DNA of 63,873 bases, filler included, from 4 parts of 4 records of this genome joined end to end with filler, not necessarily neighbours in it; one strand, 5' to 3'. Positions 19,336 through 29,960 are shown, counted from the whole stretch's first letter. Notes: a model not told the origin generated them from the sequence alone. Program-made: numbers and translations.

Positions 19336-20481
19336 TTACCACCCGAAATCTGCTTTTAAAGCATCAATTCTTTCTAGGGCAAGGTCTTTGGTTAAGAAAT
19401 CTATTTCTTCCATTCCGAAAGCTTTTTCGTAAGTACGCATTGCTTTTTTAGGCTCGCCCATTTGTTCGAAATATTCAGCTTCAAAAAAGAAACCAAGCAT
19501 AGTGTCTGGATATTCTTTTTTTGCAATCTTACTTAACTCATTAAGAGACTCTAAATCTTCCTTTTTCTTTGTTCCAGCATAAATAGCCATCATGTCGTTA
19601 AGGCTAACTTGCTTTTTAAATCCGAATAGCGTCTCAATGGTATTATACTTTTCTGTTAAATATTCCACTATTGGTCCTTCATAAGCTAAGACCTCTTTTT
19701 TGTATTCTTCAATACTAATTGGTTTGTATACTTTGAATATTTTATCCAATGCCTTAGGAATTCCATACGAAGCTACTCCATAGTGATTTGCGTTTTCAAA
19801 TTCATCAAAGTAATAATGTACATTATCGTTAGAAATGCCCTTCATGGTATTATTGAATACTTTAATTCTTTGCTGATTTTCTTTTTCATCATTTTCGCTA
19901 GTTGCTAAATAATAAAAGGTCATAGCTTCTATGGCTCCTAGTCTTTCAGGAGTATTTCTTTCCATGCTAGGAGCAAATGTTGGAGACAATTCTATATATG
20001 CATTAAAGAGCATATTGTTTTTAAATAAATAATAATTGCTAAAATTTGCTGTAGTTCCGTGTCCTACTATGGCTTTAAAATTGGCTAAGTTGTAGTTTTT
20101 AGCAATCATAGGGATGAGTTCCATCCCGATAAATTCAAAGAAAGAGTTTCCTTTTTTATCAGGAAAACCGTTTTCATCACTATAAAAACAATCTTCATAA
20201 CGGGTATCTCTTTGATTGATTCCAACGACAATACTCTTTGGCATTTCGTCTTTATAAGCATAAAATTTTGAGTTTGCTACCACTATATCAAACAGATAAT
20301 CGGCATCCAAAACAACAATTAAAGGATATGATTTTTCTGCGGAATAGTCCTCTGGAACATACAATTGGATGTCTCTTTTTTCCGCAAGTTTAAAGGATTC
20401 AATTGTGGAGGAAGTTGTTTGTGCGTTAGAAATTAAAGCACACAAAAACAGCACAATACATGTGAGTGTAGTATTTTTCAT
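19336..20481 (-). CDS. Secreted alpha/beta-hydrolase-fold (esterase family) protein with C-terminal TPR-like helices
   Basis: Signal peptide, YPLIVVLDAD, MPKSIVVGI and FFEFIGMELIP. The nucleophile elbow reads GHGTTA, with no Ser. Confidence 0.8.
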   Translation of the reverse strand: MKNTTLTCIVLFLCALISNAQTTSSTIESFKLAEKRDIQLYVPEDYSAEKSYPLIVVLDADYLFDIVVANSKFYAYKDEMPKSIVVGINQRDTRYEDCFYSDENGFPDKKGNSFFEFIGMELIPMIAKNYNLANFKAIVGHGTTANFSNYYLFKNNMLFNAYIELSPTFAPSMERNTPERLGAIEAMTFYYLATSENDEKENQQRIKVFNNTMKGISNDNVHYYFDEFENANHYGVASYGIPKALDKIFKVYKPISIEEYKKEVLAYEGPIVEYLTEKYNTIETLFGFKKQVSLNDMMAIYAGTKKKEDLESLNELSKIAKKEYPDTMLGFFFEAEYFEQMGEPKKAMRTYEKAFGMEEIDFLTKDLALERIDALKADFGW

Positions 20482-20514
20482 GGTAATTAGATTTGGTGGC
20501 TGAAAGATAAAAAA

Positions 20515-21480
20515 TTATTTGTTTCTATTGTATATAGGAAGAAAAAGAAACGCTAAAGCTCCAAAAACAACGACCATCAACGTTTGGGAAGTCCACATAA
20601 TCCATCCAAATGCATCTCCAGAAGCTTCAGAAACTCCGTAGATAAGTAGAATTTTACTTACAGCAATTGGGTATAATCCAATACCTCCATTGGTGGCGCT
20701 CATGGCAAAAGCTCCAGCAACAAATGAAGCTAAGATGGCATTTAATGGTAAGGAAGCTGTTTCTGGGATACTAAATTTTATTACCCAAAACATAGCTATA
20801 TAAAGAACCCAAATACAAAGCGTATGAAAAATAAAAAGCCATTTATTTTTCATTTTAAAAATACTCAAAGCGCCTTCTAGCAGTTCAAAGACAAAATTCT
20901 TAACTTTCAAGAAAAATCCAGTTTTAGCCTTTCTTATCAAGAGTAAAAAAATAACTCCCACAGCAATTAAAATAACTCCAGCTATAATAAGCTTTGTGTA
21001 GTTTATATTTTTTTCAGCAAAATAGTTAGCTATAATTTCGGTTTGTAAAATAGCTGTTATTAAAACAATAGATAAGAGCATAATAACGTCTATTACACGT
21101 TCTGCAATAATAGTTCCGAAACCTTTTTGAAAAGGGACTTTCTCATAAGAGGTAAGGGTGGTGGCTCTTAACACTTCTCCAGATCTTGGAATTCCCAAAT
21201 TGGCTAAATAGCCAACAAAAATAGCCATGAAATTATTTAATAAAGCAGGTTGATAACCTATGGGTTGCAGGAGTAAATTCCAGCGTAAAGCTCTAGAAAA
21301 ATGACTTAAAAAGCCAAGAATTACGGAGATTATTACCCAAAAGTAATTGGCATTTTTAATAGCATTAAAGATGTTCTCGCGCTCGGTAGGAGTGGTGTTA
21401 TTGTAAGAATACCAAATTAAAAAAACTCCCAACAAAAGTGGGAGTAGTTTTTTTAAAATATTTATAAGTTTTTTACGCAC
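20515..21480 (-). CDS. Lysylphosphatidylglycerol synthase TM domain / flippase-like protein (UPF0104)
   Basis: RALRWNLLL, GYLANLGIPRSGEVLR, GTIIAERVID and GGIGLY motifs. Confidence 0.85.
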   Translation of the reverse strand: MRKKLINILKKLLPLLLGVFLIWYSYNNTTPTERENIFNAIKNANYFWVIISVILGFLSHFSRALRWNLLLQPIGYQPALLNNFMAIFVGYLANLGIPRSGEVLRATTLTSYEKVPFQKGFGTIIAERVIDVIMLLSIVLITAILQTEIIANYFAEKNINYTKLIIAGVILIAVGVIFLLLIRKAKTGFFLKVKNFVFELLEGALSIFKMKNKWLFIFHTLCIWVLYIAMFWVIKFSIPETASLPLNAILASFVAGAFAMSATNGGIGLYPIAVSKILLIYGVSEASGDAFGWIMWTSQTLMVVVFGALAFLFLPIYNRNK

Positions 21481-21482
21481 CT

Positions 21483-21833
21483 TTAGGTAAGAGAATTATC
21501 TTTTTCATTTGGGAATATAAGGGAAGGCTTAAAGTTTTTAGCTTCTTCAAAATCCATAATTCCGTAGGAGATAATAATAATAATGTCTCCCCGCTGTACT
21601 CTTCTAGCTGCAGGACCGTTTAAGGTAATTTCTCCACTATTTTTTGCGCCTTTAATGGCGTATGTTTCTAATCGTTCGCCGTTATTAACGTTTACAATTT
21701 GTACTTTCTCCCCTTCAATAATATTAGAAGCTTCCATTAATGCTTCATCAATGGTAATACTCCCAATGTAATTTAGGTCGGCTCCAGTAACCGTAACTCG
21801 GTGAATCTTAGACTTTACTACTTCAATTTGCAT
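21483..21833 (-). CDS. panD: Aspartate 1-decarboxylase
   Basis: [18 protein letters not shown] (G-S cleavage site), NGERLETY and LNGPAAR motifs. Confidence 0.97.
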   Translation of the reverse strand: MQIEVVKSKIHRVTVTGADLNYIGSITIDEALMEASNIIEGEKVQIVNVNNGERLETYAIKGAKNSGEITLNGPAARRVQRGDIIIIISYGIMDFEEAKNFKPSLIFPNEKDNSLT

Positions 21834-21837
21834 GGTA

Positions 21838-21845
21838 CAAAGGTA
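21838..21845 (-). promoter_or_regulatory. Bacteroidetes -7 promoter element directly before panD
   Basis: TACCTTTG matches TAnnTTTG and lies 4 nt before the ATG. Confidence 0.6.
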
Positions 21846-22694
21846 TTAATTTAGAGCAACATTATCTATCAGTCTTATATCATTTGCATAAACAGCAACA
21901 AAAAGCCTGTAGCGTTTGTTTTCTTTTTTTGTTTTAACAGGTTTTAACGTTTTTTCGTCAGCAATTTCAGCATATTCCAAAGAAAAATCTGAGTGTTTAC
22001 TAAATTGCTCTTCAATCCAATTTACTGTATCTATTGCACTTTCTGTGCCAAACTTATCTTTTGCTTGCAGTAGTGTTTTATAAATAAAAGAAGCTTCTTT
22101 ACGTATATCTTGAGGAAGGCGTTCATTTCTGGAGCTCATTGCGAGTCCGTTTTCCTCTCTACTTATAGGGCAACCAACTATATTTACTGGAAGCTGATTT
22201 TTAGCTGCCATTTTTCTAATAATTTGTAGTTGTTGGAAATCTTTTTCACCAAAATAAGCATTATCTGGCTGGACAATTGTAAATAATTTTCTTACAATAG
22301 TTCCTACACCGTCAAAATGTCCGCTTCTGTATTTACCTTCCATTTGATGCTCTAATCCATCAAAATCAAAAGTTTCAGAAGTAACATTATTATCGTAAAT
22401 ATCTTCAGCAGAAGGAGCAAAAATTATAATATTTTCGTTAAGTAACTTTAAAGTTTCTAAATCTCTGTCAAAGGTTTTGGGGTATTTTTCAAGATCCGTT
22501 TTATTGTCAAACTGTGTAGGGTTTACAAAAATACTAACCACAACAACATCGTTGTTAATAAGCGCCTTTTCAACTAGAGAAAGATGTCCTTTGTGTAAAG
22601 CGCCCATAGTAGGAACCAAGCCAAGGGTTTTATTCTCTGTTTTTTCCTGTTTTAGGAATTGAATTAATGCTTCTTTTTGATTGAAAATTTGCAT
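21846..22694 (-). CDS. panC: Pantoate--beta-alanine ligase
   Basis: VPTMGALHKGH, SIFVNPTQF, YFGEKDFQQL, GLAMSSRN and RLIDN motifs. Confidence 0.97.
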   Translation of the reverse strand: MQIFNQKEALIQFLKQEKTENKTLGLVPTMGALHKGHLSLVEKALINNDVVVVSIFVNPTQFDNKTDLEKYPKTFDRDLETLKLLNENIIIFAPSAEDIYDNNVTSETFDFDGLEHQMEGKYRSGHFDGVGTIVRKLFTIVQPDNAYFGEKDFQQLQIIRKMAAKNQLPVNIVGCPISREENGLAMSSRNERLPQDIRKEASFIYKTLLQAKDKFGTESAIDTVNWIEEQFSKHSDFSLEYAEIADEKTLKPVKTKKENKRYRLFVAVYANDIRLIDNVALN

Positions 22695-22716
22695 TTGGTA
22701 TAAAATTAATAGCGTG

Positions 22717-22763
22717 CAAAGCTATATAAAATTAACTAATTAGGCATATTTTTTGTATTTTTG
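22717..22763. promoter_or_regulatory. Divergent Bacteroidetes promoters (panC and GT5 operon)
   Basis: TAGCTTTG on the minus strand (22717-22724) and TATTTTTG on the plus strand (22756-22763), both matching TAnnTTTG. Confidence 0.6.
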
Positions 22764-22802
22764 CATCCTTTAAACCTTAGTCTAAAGAAACAAATTGATT
22801 TT

Positions 22803-23612
22803 ATGACAGACAAAAGAGTATTATTTGTCGCTTCAGAAATGGTTCCTTACTTACCGGAAAACGAAGTGTCTTCAATGGCTTATGAAAGCCCACGAATGGT
22901 GAATGATAGAGGCGGACAAATACGAATCTTTATGCCTCGTTTTGGTAACATTAATGAGCGAAGACATCAACTCCACGAGGTTATTCGCCTATCGGGAATG
23001 AACCTTGTAGTGAATGATATGGATATGCCGCTTATTATAAAAGTAGCATCCATTCCTAAAGAAAGAATTCAAGTTTATTTTATAGATAACGAAGAGTATT
23101 TTAAGCGTAAAGCTACCTTTACAGATGAAGATGGAAACTTGTTTCCAGACAACGATGAAAGAGCAATTTTCTTTGCAAAAGGAGTAGTTGAAACTGTTAA
23201 AAAGCTTAATTGGAATCCAGATATTATCCATGTTCATGGTTGGATGGCTTCTTTATTACCATTGTATTTGAAGAAATATTATGCCGACGAACCACTTTTT
23301 GCTGAAAGTAAAATAGTTACTTCTGTATACAACAAAGGTTTTGATGGTACGTTAGACAAAGAGATGATTAATAAAGTGAAGTTTGACGGAATAGAGGAGG
23401 ATAAAATAGCACCTTTAGCAGATCCAACATATAGCAACCTTTTAAAAGTGGCTGTAGATAATTCGGATGCAGTTATTGTTGCTTCAGAAGAAATTCCAGA
23501 CGATCTTAAAGAGCATATTGATTCACTTTCAATTCCTGTTCAACCTCATGTTTCTATCTATGAGTTTGAAGAGGCTTACAATAAATTTTACGAAACTAAA
23601 GTTTTAAGTTAA
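22803..23612 (+). CDS. Glycogen/starch synthase (GT5) N-terminal-domain-only protein
   Basis: VLFVASEMVPY, RIFMPRFG, DNDERAIFF and PDIIHVHGW motifs. It is about 270 aa with no C-terminal Rossmann domain. Confidence 0.85.
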   Translation: MTDKRVLFVASEMVPYLPENEVSSMAYESPRMVNDRGGQIRIFMPRFGNINERRHQLHEVIRLSGMNLVVNDMDMPLIIKVASIPKERIQVYFIDNEEYFKRKATFTDEDGNLFPDNDERAIFFAKGVVETVKKLNWNPDIIHVHGWMASLLPLYLKKYYADEPLFAESKIVTSVYNKGFDGTLDKEMINKVKFDGIEEDKIAPLADPTYSNLLKVAVDNSDAVIVASEEIPDDLKEHIDSLSIPVQPHVSIYEFEEAYNKFYETKVLS

Positions 23613-23624
23613 TACAGAGTACAA

Positions 23625-25262
23625 ATGAAGATGAGTTTTAAAGGAAGGAATGTATTGCCAACACTGCTTGTAATAGGTAGTGTTATTTTTTTTACAGCTT
23701 GCGAAAGAGAGTATAATACTATAGGTGTAGATTTAATAGACAACGGAGAAATACAGGCGAGCAAGAAAACATTTGATGTTTATGCTTATAATAAAAAATT
23801 AGAGAGTGTTCGTACTAACGGACTTTCGGGATATCAGTTAGGGGCATATGCACATCCTGTTTATGGATTAGGTAAAAGTTCTTTTGCAGCTCAATTGTTG
23901 CTGCAAAGTGGCAATCCTACTTTTGGAAATAACACACAGGCTATAGAGAGTTCTTCTGCAGATAAGCAAGAGAATGAAAGGGTAACGGCGGTGTATTTAA
24001 ATATTCCTTTTTTTAGTACGGCTTTGAGTGATACTACAGAGTTGGCTGAAAACGAGCCTAAACCTTATAGAGTAGATTCTATTGTTGGAAATAGAGCTGC
24101 GGAGTTTAATTTGAAAGTACAGGAGTTTACAAAATATTTGAGAGATTTAGATCCAAATAGTAATTTTCAAGATGCGCAAGAATATTTTTCAGATGAAGAC
24201 GGAGCTTCTTTTGCAACTACAATTTTGTATGATGATACATATCAAATAAATGAAGAAGAAGTTGTAATTCCAGATCCAGATGCAGAAGACGATCCTGAGA
24301 CGGATGAGGATGAATCCATAATTCCATTAGAAAGAATTGCTCCGGGAATTCGTGTAAAACTTGACAATCAATTTTTTCAGGAAAAAATATTAGACAACGA
24401 AGGAAGTACTGTTCTAACAAGTCAAAGTAACTTTAAAGACTTTTTGAGAGGGTTGTATATTTCTGCTGAAATGCCTAATAACGACTTAGCAATGTTGCTT
24501 AATATTCAGGCTTCATATGTTGAAATTCAATATGATTATGATGCAACGGTAGATGGAGAAGCTACTGTAGAAAGTGGTACCTATAAATTGCAGATGAGTG
24601 GAAATAAAGTTAATTATCTTACTCAAGATTCGTATCCTTCAGAAGTTTCAAATCAATTTACCGATGCTAATGCTACAAGATTATATCCTAATGGAGGAGC
24701 AGGGAGTTATATAGAATTGGATATGTTGGCTGGAGGGTCTGATGTAACAACAGTATTTCAAGAAGCTAAAGAAAAAGGATGGTTAATAAATGAAGCTAAT
24801 TTGATATTTTATGTAGACGAAGGTTCGCTTTCGGAAAAAACAGATATTACGTTACCAAAGAGGCTTTATTTGTATGATTTAGGGAATGAACGCACAATAG
24901 TTGATTATACTAGAGATGTGGCAGGGAATACTGGTGTTGATTCAACTAGTTATACTGTCTATAATGGTATTTTAGATGAAGATAATGAAGTTGGGACACG
25001 ATATAAGTTTAGATTGACAGAATATATGAATGATATTGTTCGTAATGATTCTACAAATGTTAAGCTAGGTTTGTCTACAACCAGTAGTATTGCAAATTCT
25101 TTAAATGTATCCGCATTTAATCAAACAGAAGAAGTAAAAATTCCCCAAGCAACTATTACCAATTTATATGGAACAATTTTATACGGAAATAATGTTCCAG
25201 ATAATGAGAGTGATAAGAAACTAAAGCTCGAAATCTACTATACTGAGACAAAGGGAAATTAA
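23625..25262 (+). CDS. DUF4270 family lipoprotein
   Basis: Lipobox FTAC, FKDFLRGLYI, INEANLIFYV and the C-terminal KLKLEIYYT; conserved position between GT5 and glmS. Confidence 0.8.
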   Translation: MKMSFKGRNVLPTLLVIGSVIFFTACEREYNTIGVDLIDNGEIQASKKTFDVYAYNKKLESVRTNGLSGYQLGAYAHPVYGLGKSSFAAQLLLQSGNPTFGNNTQAIESSSADKQENERVTAVYLNIPFFSTALSDTTELAENEPKPYRVDSIVGNRAAEFNLKVQEFTKYLRDLDPNSNFQDAQEYFSDEDGASFATTILYDDTYQINEEEVVIPDPDAEDDPETDEDESIIPLERIAPGIRVKLDNQFFQEKILDNEGSTVLTSQSNFKDFLRGLYISAEMPNNDLAMLLNIQASYVEIQYDYDATVDGEATVESGTYKLQMSGNKVNYLTQDSYPSEVSNQFTDANATRLYPNGGAGSYIELDMLAGGSDVTTVFQEAKEKGWLINEANLIFYVDEGSLSEKTDITLPKRLYLYDLGNERTIVDYTRDVAGNTGVDSTSYTVYNGILDEDNEVGTRYKFRLTEYMNDIVRNDSTNVKLGLSTTSSIANSLNVSAFNQTEEVKIPQATITNLYGTILYGNNVPDNESDKKLKLEIYYTETKGN

Positions 25263-25277
25263 CTTAAATAAAAAATT

Positions 25278-27125
25278 ATGTGTGGGATTGTAGGTTATAT
25301 AGGCCCTAGAGAAGCCTATCCTATTGTAATAAAAGGATTAGAAAGATTAGAATATAGAGGTTATGACAGTGCAGGTGTGGTGCTTTATAATGATGGAGAA
25401 ACCCAACTGTGTAAAACCAAAGGAAAAGTAGCCGATCTTAAAGAAAAGGCCAATTCAGAAGGAATAACAAAGGGGAAAATAGGATTAGGGCATACCCGTT
25501 GGGCAACCCATGGTGTTCCAAATGATGTAAATGCACATCCACATTATTCAAATTCTGGGAACTTAGTAATTATCCATAATGGAATTATAGAAAATTACGG
25601 TTCTATAAAAAAAGCACTTGAGAAAAGAGGGTATACTTTTCAATCGGATACGGATACTGAAGTATTGGTAAATCTTATTGAAGATATTAAACAGAATGAA
25701 AATGTAAAGCTTGGAAAAGCGGTTCAGATTGCTTTGAATCAAGTTATTGGTGCGTATGCAATTGCTGTTTTTGATAAAACGAAACCAGACGAAATAGTAA
25801 CAGCAAAATTAGGAAGCCCACTTGCAATTGGGGTAGGTGAAGATGAGTTTTTTATAGCTTCAGATGCCTCTCCTTTTATTGAGTTTACTAACAATGCTAT
25901 TTATTTAGAAGACGAGCAAATGGCTATTGTCCGTTTAGGTCGAGATGTTAAAATCCGACAAATAAAGGATGATAAACCTGTAGCTCCGTATGTGCATGAG
26001 CTACAACTTAGTTTGGAGCAGATTGAAAAAAATGGATTTGACCATTTTATGCTGAAAGAAATCCATGAGCAACCTGAGGCTATAAAAGATACTTACCGTG
26101 GTAGATTACGTATCAATGACGGGATTATTAAAATGGCTGGAATTGAGGATAATTTAGAGCGTATTCTAAATGCTAATAGAATTATTATTGTTGCTTGCGG
26201 GACTTCATGGCATGCTGGTTTGGTAGCAGAATATATATTTGAAGATCTTGTAAGAATTCCTGTTGAGGTAGAATATGCATCAGAATTTAGATATAGAAAT
26301 CCTATAATTACTTCTAAAGATGTGGTTATTGCAATTTCTCAATCTGGAGAAACAGCAGATACTTTAGCAGCTATAAAATTGGCTAAGCAAAATGGAGCCT
26401 TTGTTTTTGGCGTATGTAATGTGGTAGGTTCTACTATTGCAAGAGAATCTCATGCAGGAGCTTATACACATGCGGGGCCAGAAATTGGAGTTGCTTCTAC
26501 CAAAGCATTTACAACACAAATTACGGTTCTTACTTTAATAGCGCTAAAATTAGCGCAATCTAAAGGAGCAATTTCGAAAACAGAATTTCATAATTACCTT
26601 GCAGAAATGGAAGCTATCCCTACTAAGGTGGAGGAGAGTTTAAAAATAGACGGACATATCCAGGAAATAGCATCAGTTTTTAAAGATGTACCTAACTTTT
26701 TATATTTAGGACGTGGATATAATTTCCCAGTTGCTTTGGAAGGGGCACTAAAATTAAAGGAGATTTCTTACATTCATGCGGAAGGATATCCAGCAGCAGA
26801 GATGAAACACGGGCCTATCGCTTTAATTGATGAGCAAATGCCAGTGGTGGTTATTGCAACCAAAAAAGGACATTATGAAAAGGTTGTGAGTAATATCCAA
26901 GAAATTAAATCAAGAAAAGGTAAAATTATTGGAATCGTAACTGAAGGAGATACAGAAGTTAAATCGATGGCCGATTATGTTATTGAAGTTCCTGAAACAA
27001 TTGAAGGATTAACACCTTTATTAACAACAATTCCGCTGCAATTACTTTCTTACCATATTGCAGTAATGAGAGGGTGTAATGTGGATCAACCAAGAAACTT
27101 AGCAAAATCAGTAACGGTTGAATAA
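25278..27125 (+). CDS. glmS: Glutamine--fructose-6-phosphate aminotransferase
   Basis: MCGIVGY, LEYRGYDSAG, GHTRWATHG, SQSGETADT and PRNLAKSVTVE motifs. Confidence 0.98.
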   Translation: MCGIVGYIGPREAYPIVIKGLERLEYRGYDSAGVVLYNDGETQLCKTKGKVADLKEKANSEGITKGKIGLGHTRWATHGVPNDVNAHPHYSNSGNLVIIHNGIIENYGSIKKALEKRGYTFQSDTDTEVLVNLIEDIKQNENVKLGKAVQIALNQVIGAYAIAVFDKTKPDEIVTAKLGSPLAIGVGEDEFFIASDASPFIEFTNNAIYLEDEQMAIVRLGRDVKIRQIKDDKPVAPYVHELQLSLEQIEKNGFDHFMLKEIHEQPEAIKDTYRGRLRINDGIIKMAGIEDNLERILNANRIIIVACGTSWHAGLVAEYIFEDLVRIPVEVEYASEFRYRNPIITSKDVVIAISQSGETADTLAAIKLAKQNGAFVFGVCNVVGSTIARESHAGAYTHAGPEIGVASTKAFTTQITVLTLIALKLAQSKGAISKTEFHNYLAEMEAIPTKVEESLKIDGHIQEIASVFKDVPNFLYLGRGYNFPVALEGALKLKEISYIHAEGYPAAEMKHGPIALIDEQMPVVVIATKKGHYEKVVSNIQEIKSRKGKIIGIVTEGDTEVKSMADYVIEVPETIEGLTPLLTTIPLQLLSYHIAVMRGCNVDQPRNLAKSVTVE

Positions 27126-27132
27126 ATGATTA

Positions 27133-27172
27133 TCAATTCCGTAATTTTTGTATTAAAAAATTACGGAATTGA
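27133..27172 (+). terminator. Long hairpin terminator after glmS
   Basis: TCAATTCCGTAATTTTT / AAAAATTACGGAATTGA 17-bp stem. Confidence 0.8.
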
Positions 27173-27212
27173 AAAAATATGTATATTGTTCTTATCTAAA
27201 ACTAATTTTATT

Positions 27213-29960
27213 ATGATAAGAACAATTTTTTTTGCCTTTACTTTTCTATTTAGTGTATTAGGAGTTGCCCAAACTACTATTTCTGGAAAAGTTACAGACG
27301 AGCAAAATCAACCTATTCCCGGAGCGAGCATTCAAATAAGTGCTACAACTGTAGGAACTGTGACTGATTTTAACGGGGAGTTCAATTTATCAACCGATCA
27401 AAACCTTCCATTTAAGATTATAATTTCTAGTATTGGGTTTACTTCGCAAACGATTGCGTTATCTTCTGCTCAATCAATAGAGATTCAATTAAAAGAGGAA
27501 ACTACTAGCTTGGGGGAAATTATTATTTCTGCATCTAGAACCCCAGAGCGTATTTTTGAATCTCCTGTTACGGTAGAGCGATTTGGTTTAAAAGAAATAA
27601 AAAATACAGCATCTGTTGATTTTTATGATGGTTTGGAAAATCTGAAAGGTGTCGATATTAATACCAATAGTTTAACATTTAAATCTATAAATACACGAGG
27701 ATTTGCAGCTTTTGCTAATACTCGTTTTGTACAACTCATTGATGGGATGGATAATGCTGCGCCAGCTTTAAATTTTCCATTAGGAAATTTATTGGGGATG
27801 ACAGAAATAGATGTTCAAAGCGTTGAGCTACTTCCTGGTGCTTCTTCTGCACTATATGGAGCAAATGCTTTTAACGGAATTTTATTTATGAGAAGTAAAA
27901 GCCCTTTCGATTTTGAAGGAATAAGTACGTATGCAAAATCTGGAATGACTTCTCAAAAAGCTGCAGGAGACAATGTTTTCTGGGATTTAGGAATTCGTGT
28001 TGCTAAAAAGTTCTCAGAAAAATTTGCTGCCAAAGCTAATTTCTCTTATTTAAAAGGGACAGATTGGTTTGCCGTTAGTGAAGAGAATGTGCTGAATCCT
28101 GGAACGGGACGGGAATTACCTAATTATGACGGACTTAATGTTTATGGAGATGAGGTGAGTACAAACATACGGGCAGTAGGACTAGCTCTTGCAGAAAATG
28201 GAATAATACCTGCAGCGGCAGTTAATTTATTGCCTAATGAAAGTGTGAGTAGAACAGGATATTTAGAACGCGATTTAACTAATTATGAGGCAGAAAGTGT
28301 AAAATTTGATGCGGCATTACATTACCGTCCTTTTGCAGATGATTTTGAAATTATCTATCAAGGAAAAATAGGAAAAGGAGCTACTATTTATCAAGGGGCA
28401 AACAGATATTCCTTAAAGAACTTCTTTTTACAACAACATAAAATTGAGTTTAAGAACGACAATTTTTTTGTACGGGGTTATATGACCGATGAAGATGCGG
28501 GCGATTCTTATGATATGCGATTTACGGGGATAAATGTGAACCGATATTGGAAAACAGATCAGCAATGGTTTGGAGAATATGCTGGAGCATATGTACAGTC
28601 AACTTTAGGGGGCGCTTCGAGTGAGCAAGCTCATAATATTGCAAGACAAGCTGCCGATACTGGAAGACTTATTCCAGGAACTCCAGAGTTTGAACAAGCA
28701 TTTAATACAGTAACTACAAACGCTGACTTAGCAACGGGGTCTCAGTTTAGAGATGCTTCTCAATTATATCATGCAGATGCAAATTATAATTTTTCACATT
28801 TAATTGATTTCGCCGATATTCAGGTTGGGGGATCTTATAGAACCTATCGTTTAAATTCCTTCGGAACTATTTTTACAGATTATGATGGGCCAATAAGTTA
28901 TAGTGAGCTTGGACTTTACACTCAAATTCAAAAACAACTTATGGACGAACGATTAAAACTTACAGGGTCGTTACGATATGATAAATCAGAGTTGTTTGAA
29001 GGACAAGTAACGCCTCGTTTTTCAGTTGGATATACGGCAGGAGCTAATAGAAATCATAATTTAAGAGCCTCTATTCAAACAGCCTTTAGAAACCCAACCA
29101 CTCAAGATTTATACATAGGCTTGGATGTTGGGAGAGCTATATTGGTAGGTTCTGCTGAAAATAATTTAGATCGTTATCAAAGAACATTTAATGTGAATAA
29201 CTCAGTAGCAAATGGAGGGGAAGCTACAGCTACTATAAGTGCTAGAGACGCATATGAAAATTCTTTTTTGGCAAGTTCTGTCCAAGCTGGTGCTCCAGTT
29301 GCTTCAAACGTAGGTTTAGTAAAACCAGAACAGGCTATTGCTTATGAGATTGGATATAGAGGGCAATTGGGCAAATTTGAAATTGATTTGAGCGGGTATT
29401 ATACAGATTATACAGATTTTATTGCTAATCAAAACGTAATTGTTCCTTTGTACGGACAGGTGGGAGATAATTCGCAATCTTTAGCAGCGTTGGAAAGTGA
29501 TGATTTTAAAGTTTTTCAGACTTATACTAATGCAAAGTCTGGAGTACAGTCTTATGGAGCTTCTATTGCAATAGCAACAAAAGTTTTTAATGGTTTTGAT
29601 TTAAGCGGAAATTATACTTATGCTGATTTTGAACAAGAAGATCCAGATTTTCGAGCGGGATTTAATACGCCAAAGCATAAATTTAAAGCCTCTTTTGGCC
29701 ATACAGAACTTGTGAAGAATTTTGGATTTAATTTTAGTTACCGATGGAGCGATTCTTATTTCTGGCAAGCTAGTTTTGGGGATGGAAATATCCCTTCTAT
29801 TACTGTGTTAGATGCGCAATTAAACTATACTGTTCCTAGTCTAAAGTCTATTTTTAAAGTAGGGGCTGCTAATTTATCTGGAGAGGAATATTACACAGCA
29901 TATGGTACAGGTTTAATAGGAACGCAGCTATATGTCTCTTGGACAATTAATAATTTTTAA
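27213..29960 (+). CDS. TonB-dependent receptor with N-terminal CarboxypepD_reg-like domain
   Basis: Signal peptide, ISGKVTDEQNQPIPGASI, plug ISASRTPE...VELLPGASSALYGANAFNG and a C-terminal aromatic beta strand. Confidence 0.92.
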   Translation: MIRTIFFAFTFLFSVLGVAQTTISGKVTDEQNQPIPGASIQISATTVGTVTDFNGEFNLSTDQNLPFKIIISSIGFTSQTIALSSAQSIEIQLKEETTSLGEIIISASRTPERIFESPVTVERFGLKEIKNTASVDFYDGLENLKGVDINTNSLTFKSINTRGFAAFANTRFVQLIDGMDNAAPALNFPLGNLLGMTEIDVQSVELLPGASSALYGANAFNGILFMRSKSPFDFEGISTYAKSGMTSQKAAGDNVFWDLGIRVAKKFSEKFAAKANFSYLKGTDWFAVSEENVLNPGTGRELPNYDGLNVYGDEVSTNIRAVGLALAENGIIPAAAVNLLPNESVSRTGYLERDLTNYEAESVKFDAALHYRPFADDFEIIYQGKIGKGATIYQGANRYSLKNFFLQQHKIEFKNDNFFVRGYMTDEDAGDSYDMRFTGINVNRYWKTDQQWFGEYAGAYVQSTLGGASSEQAHNIARQAADTGRLIPGTPEFEQAFNTVTTNADLATGSQFRDASQLYHADANYNFSHLIDFADIQVGGSYRTYRLNSFGTIFTDYDGPISYSELGLYTQIQKQLMDERLKLTGSLRYDKSELFEGQVTPRFSVGYTAGANRNHNLRASIQTAFRNPTTQDLYIGLDVGRAILVGSAENNLDRYQRTFNVNNSVANGGEATATISARDAYENSFLASSVQAGAPVASNVGLVKPEQAIAYEIGYRGQLGKFEIDLSGYYTDYTDFIANQNVIVPLYGQVGDNSQSLAALESDDFKVFQTYTNAKSGVQSYGASIAIATKVFNGFDLSGNYTYADFEQEDPDFRAGFNTPKHKFKASFGHTELVKNFGFNFSYRWSDSYFWQASFGDGNIPSITVLDAQLNYTVPSLKSIFKVGAANLSGEEYYTAYGTGLIGTQLYVSWTINNF

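Noticed and set aside
16987-27125. Hyaluronan operon formed by GT2 plus glmS
   Set aside because: No UDP-glucose dehydrogenase or pyrophosphorylase; glmS is about 7 kb away in a separate housekeeping operon.
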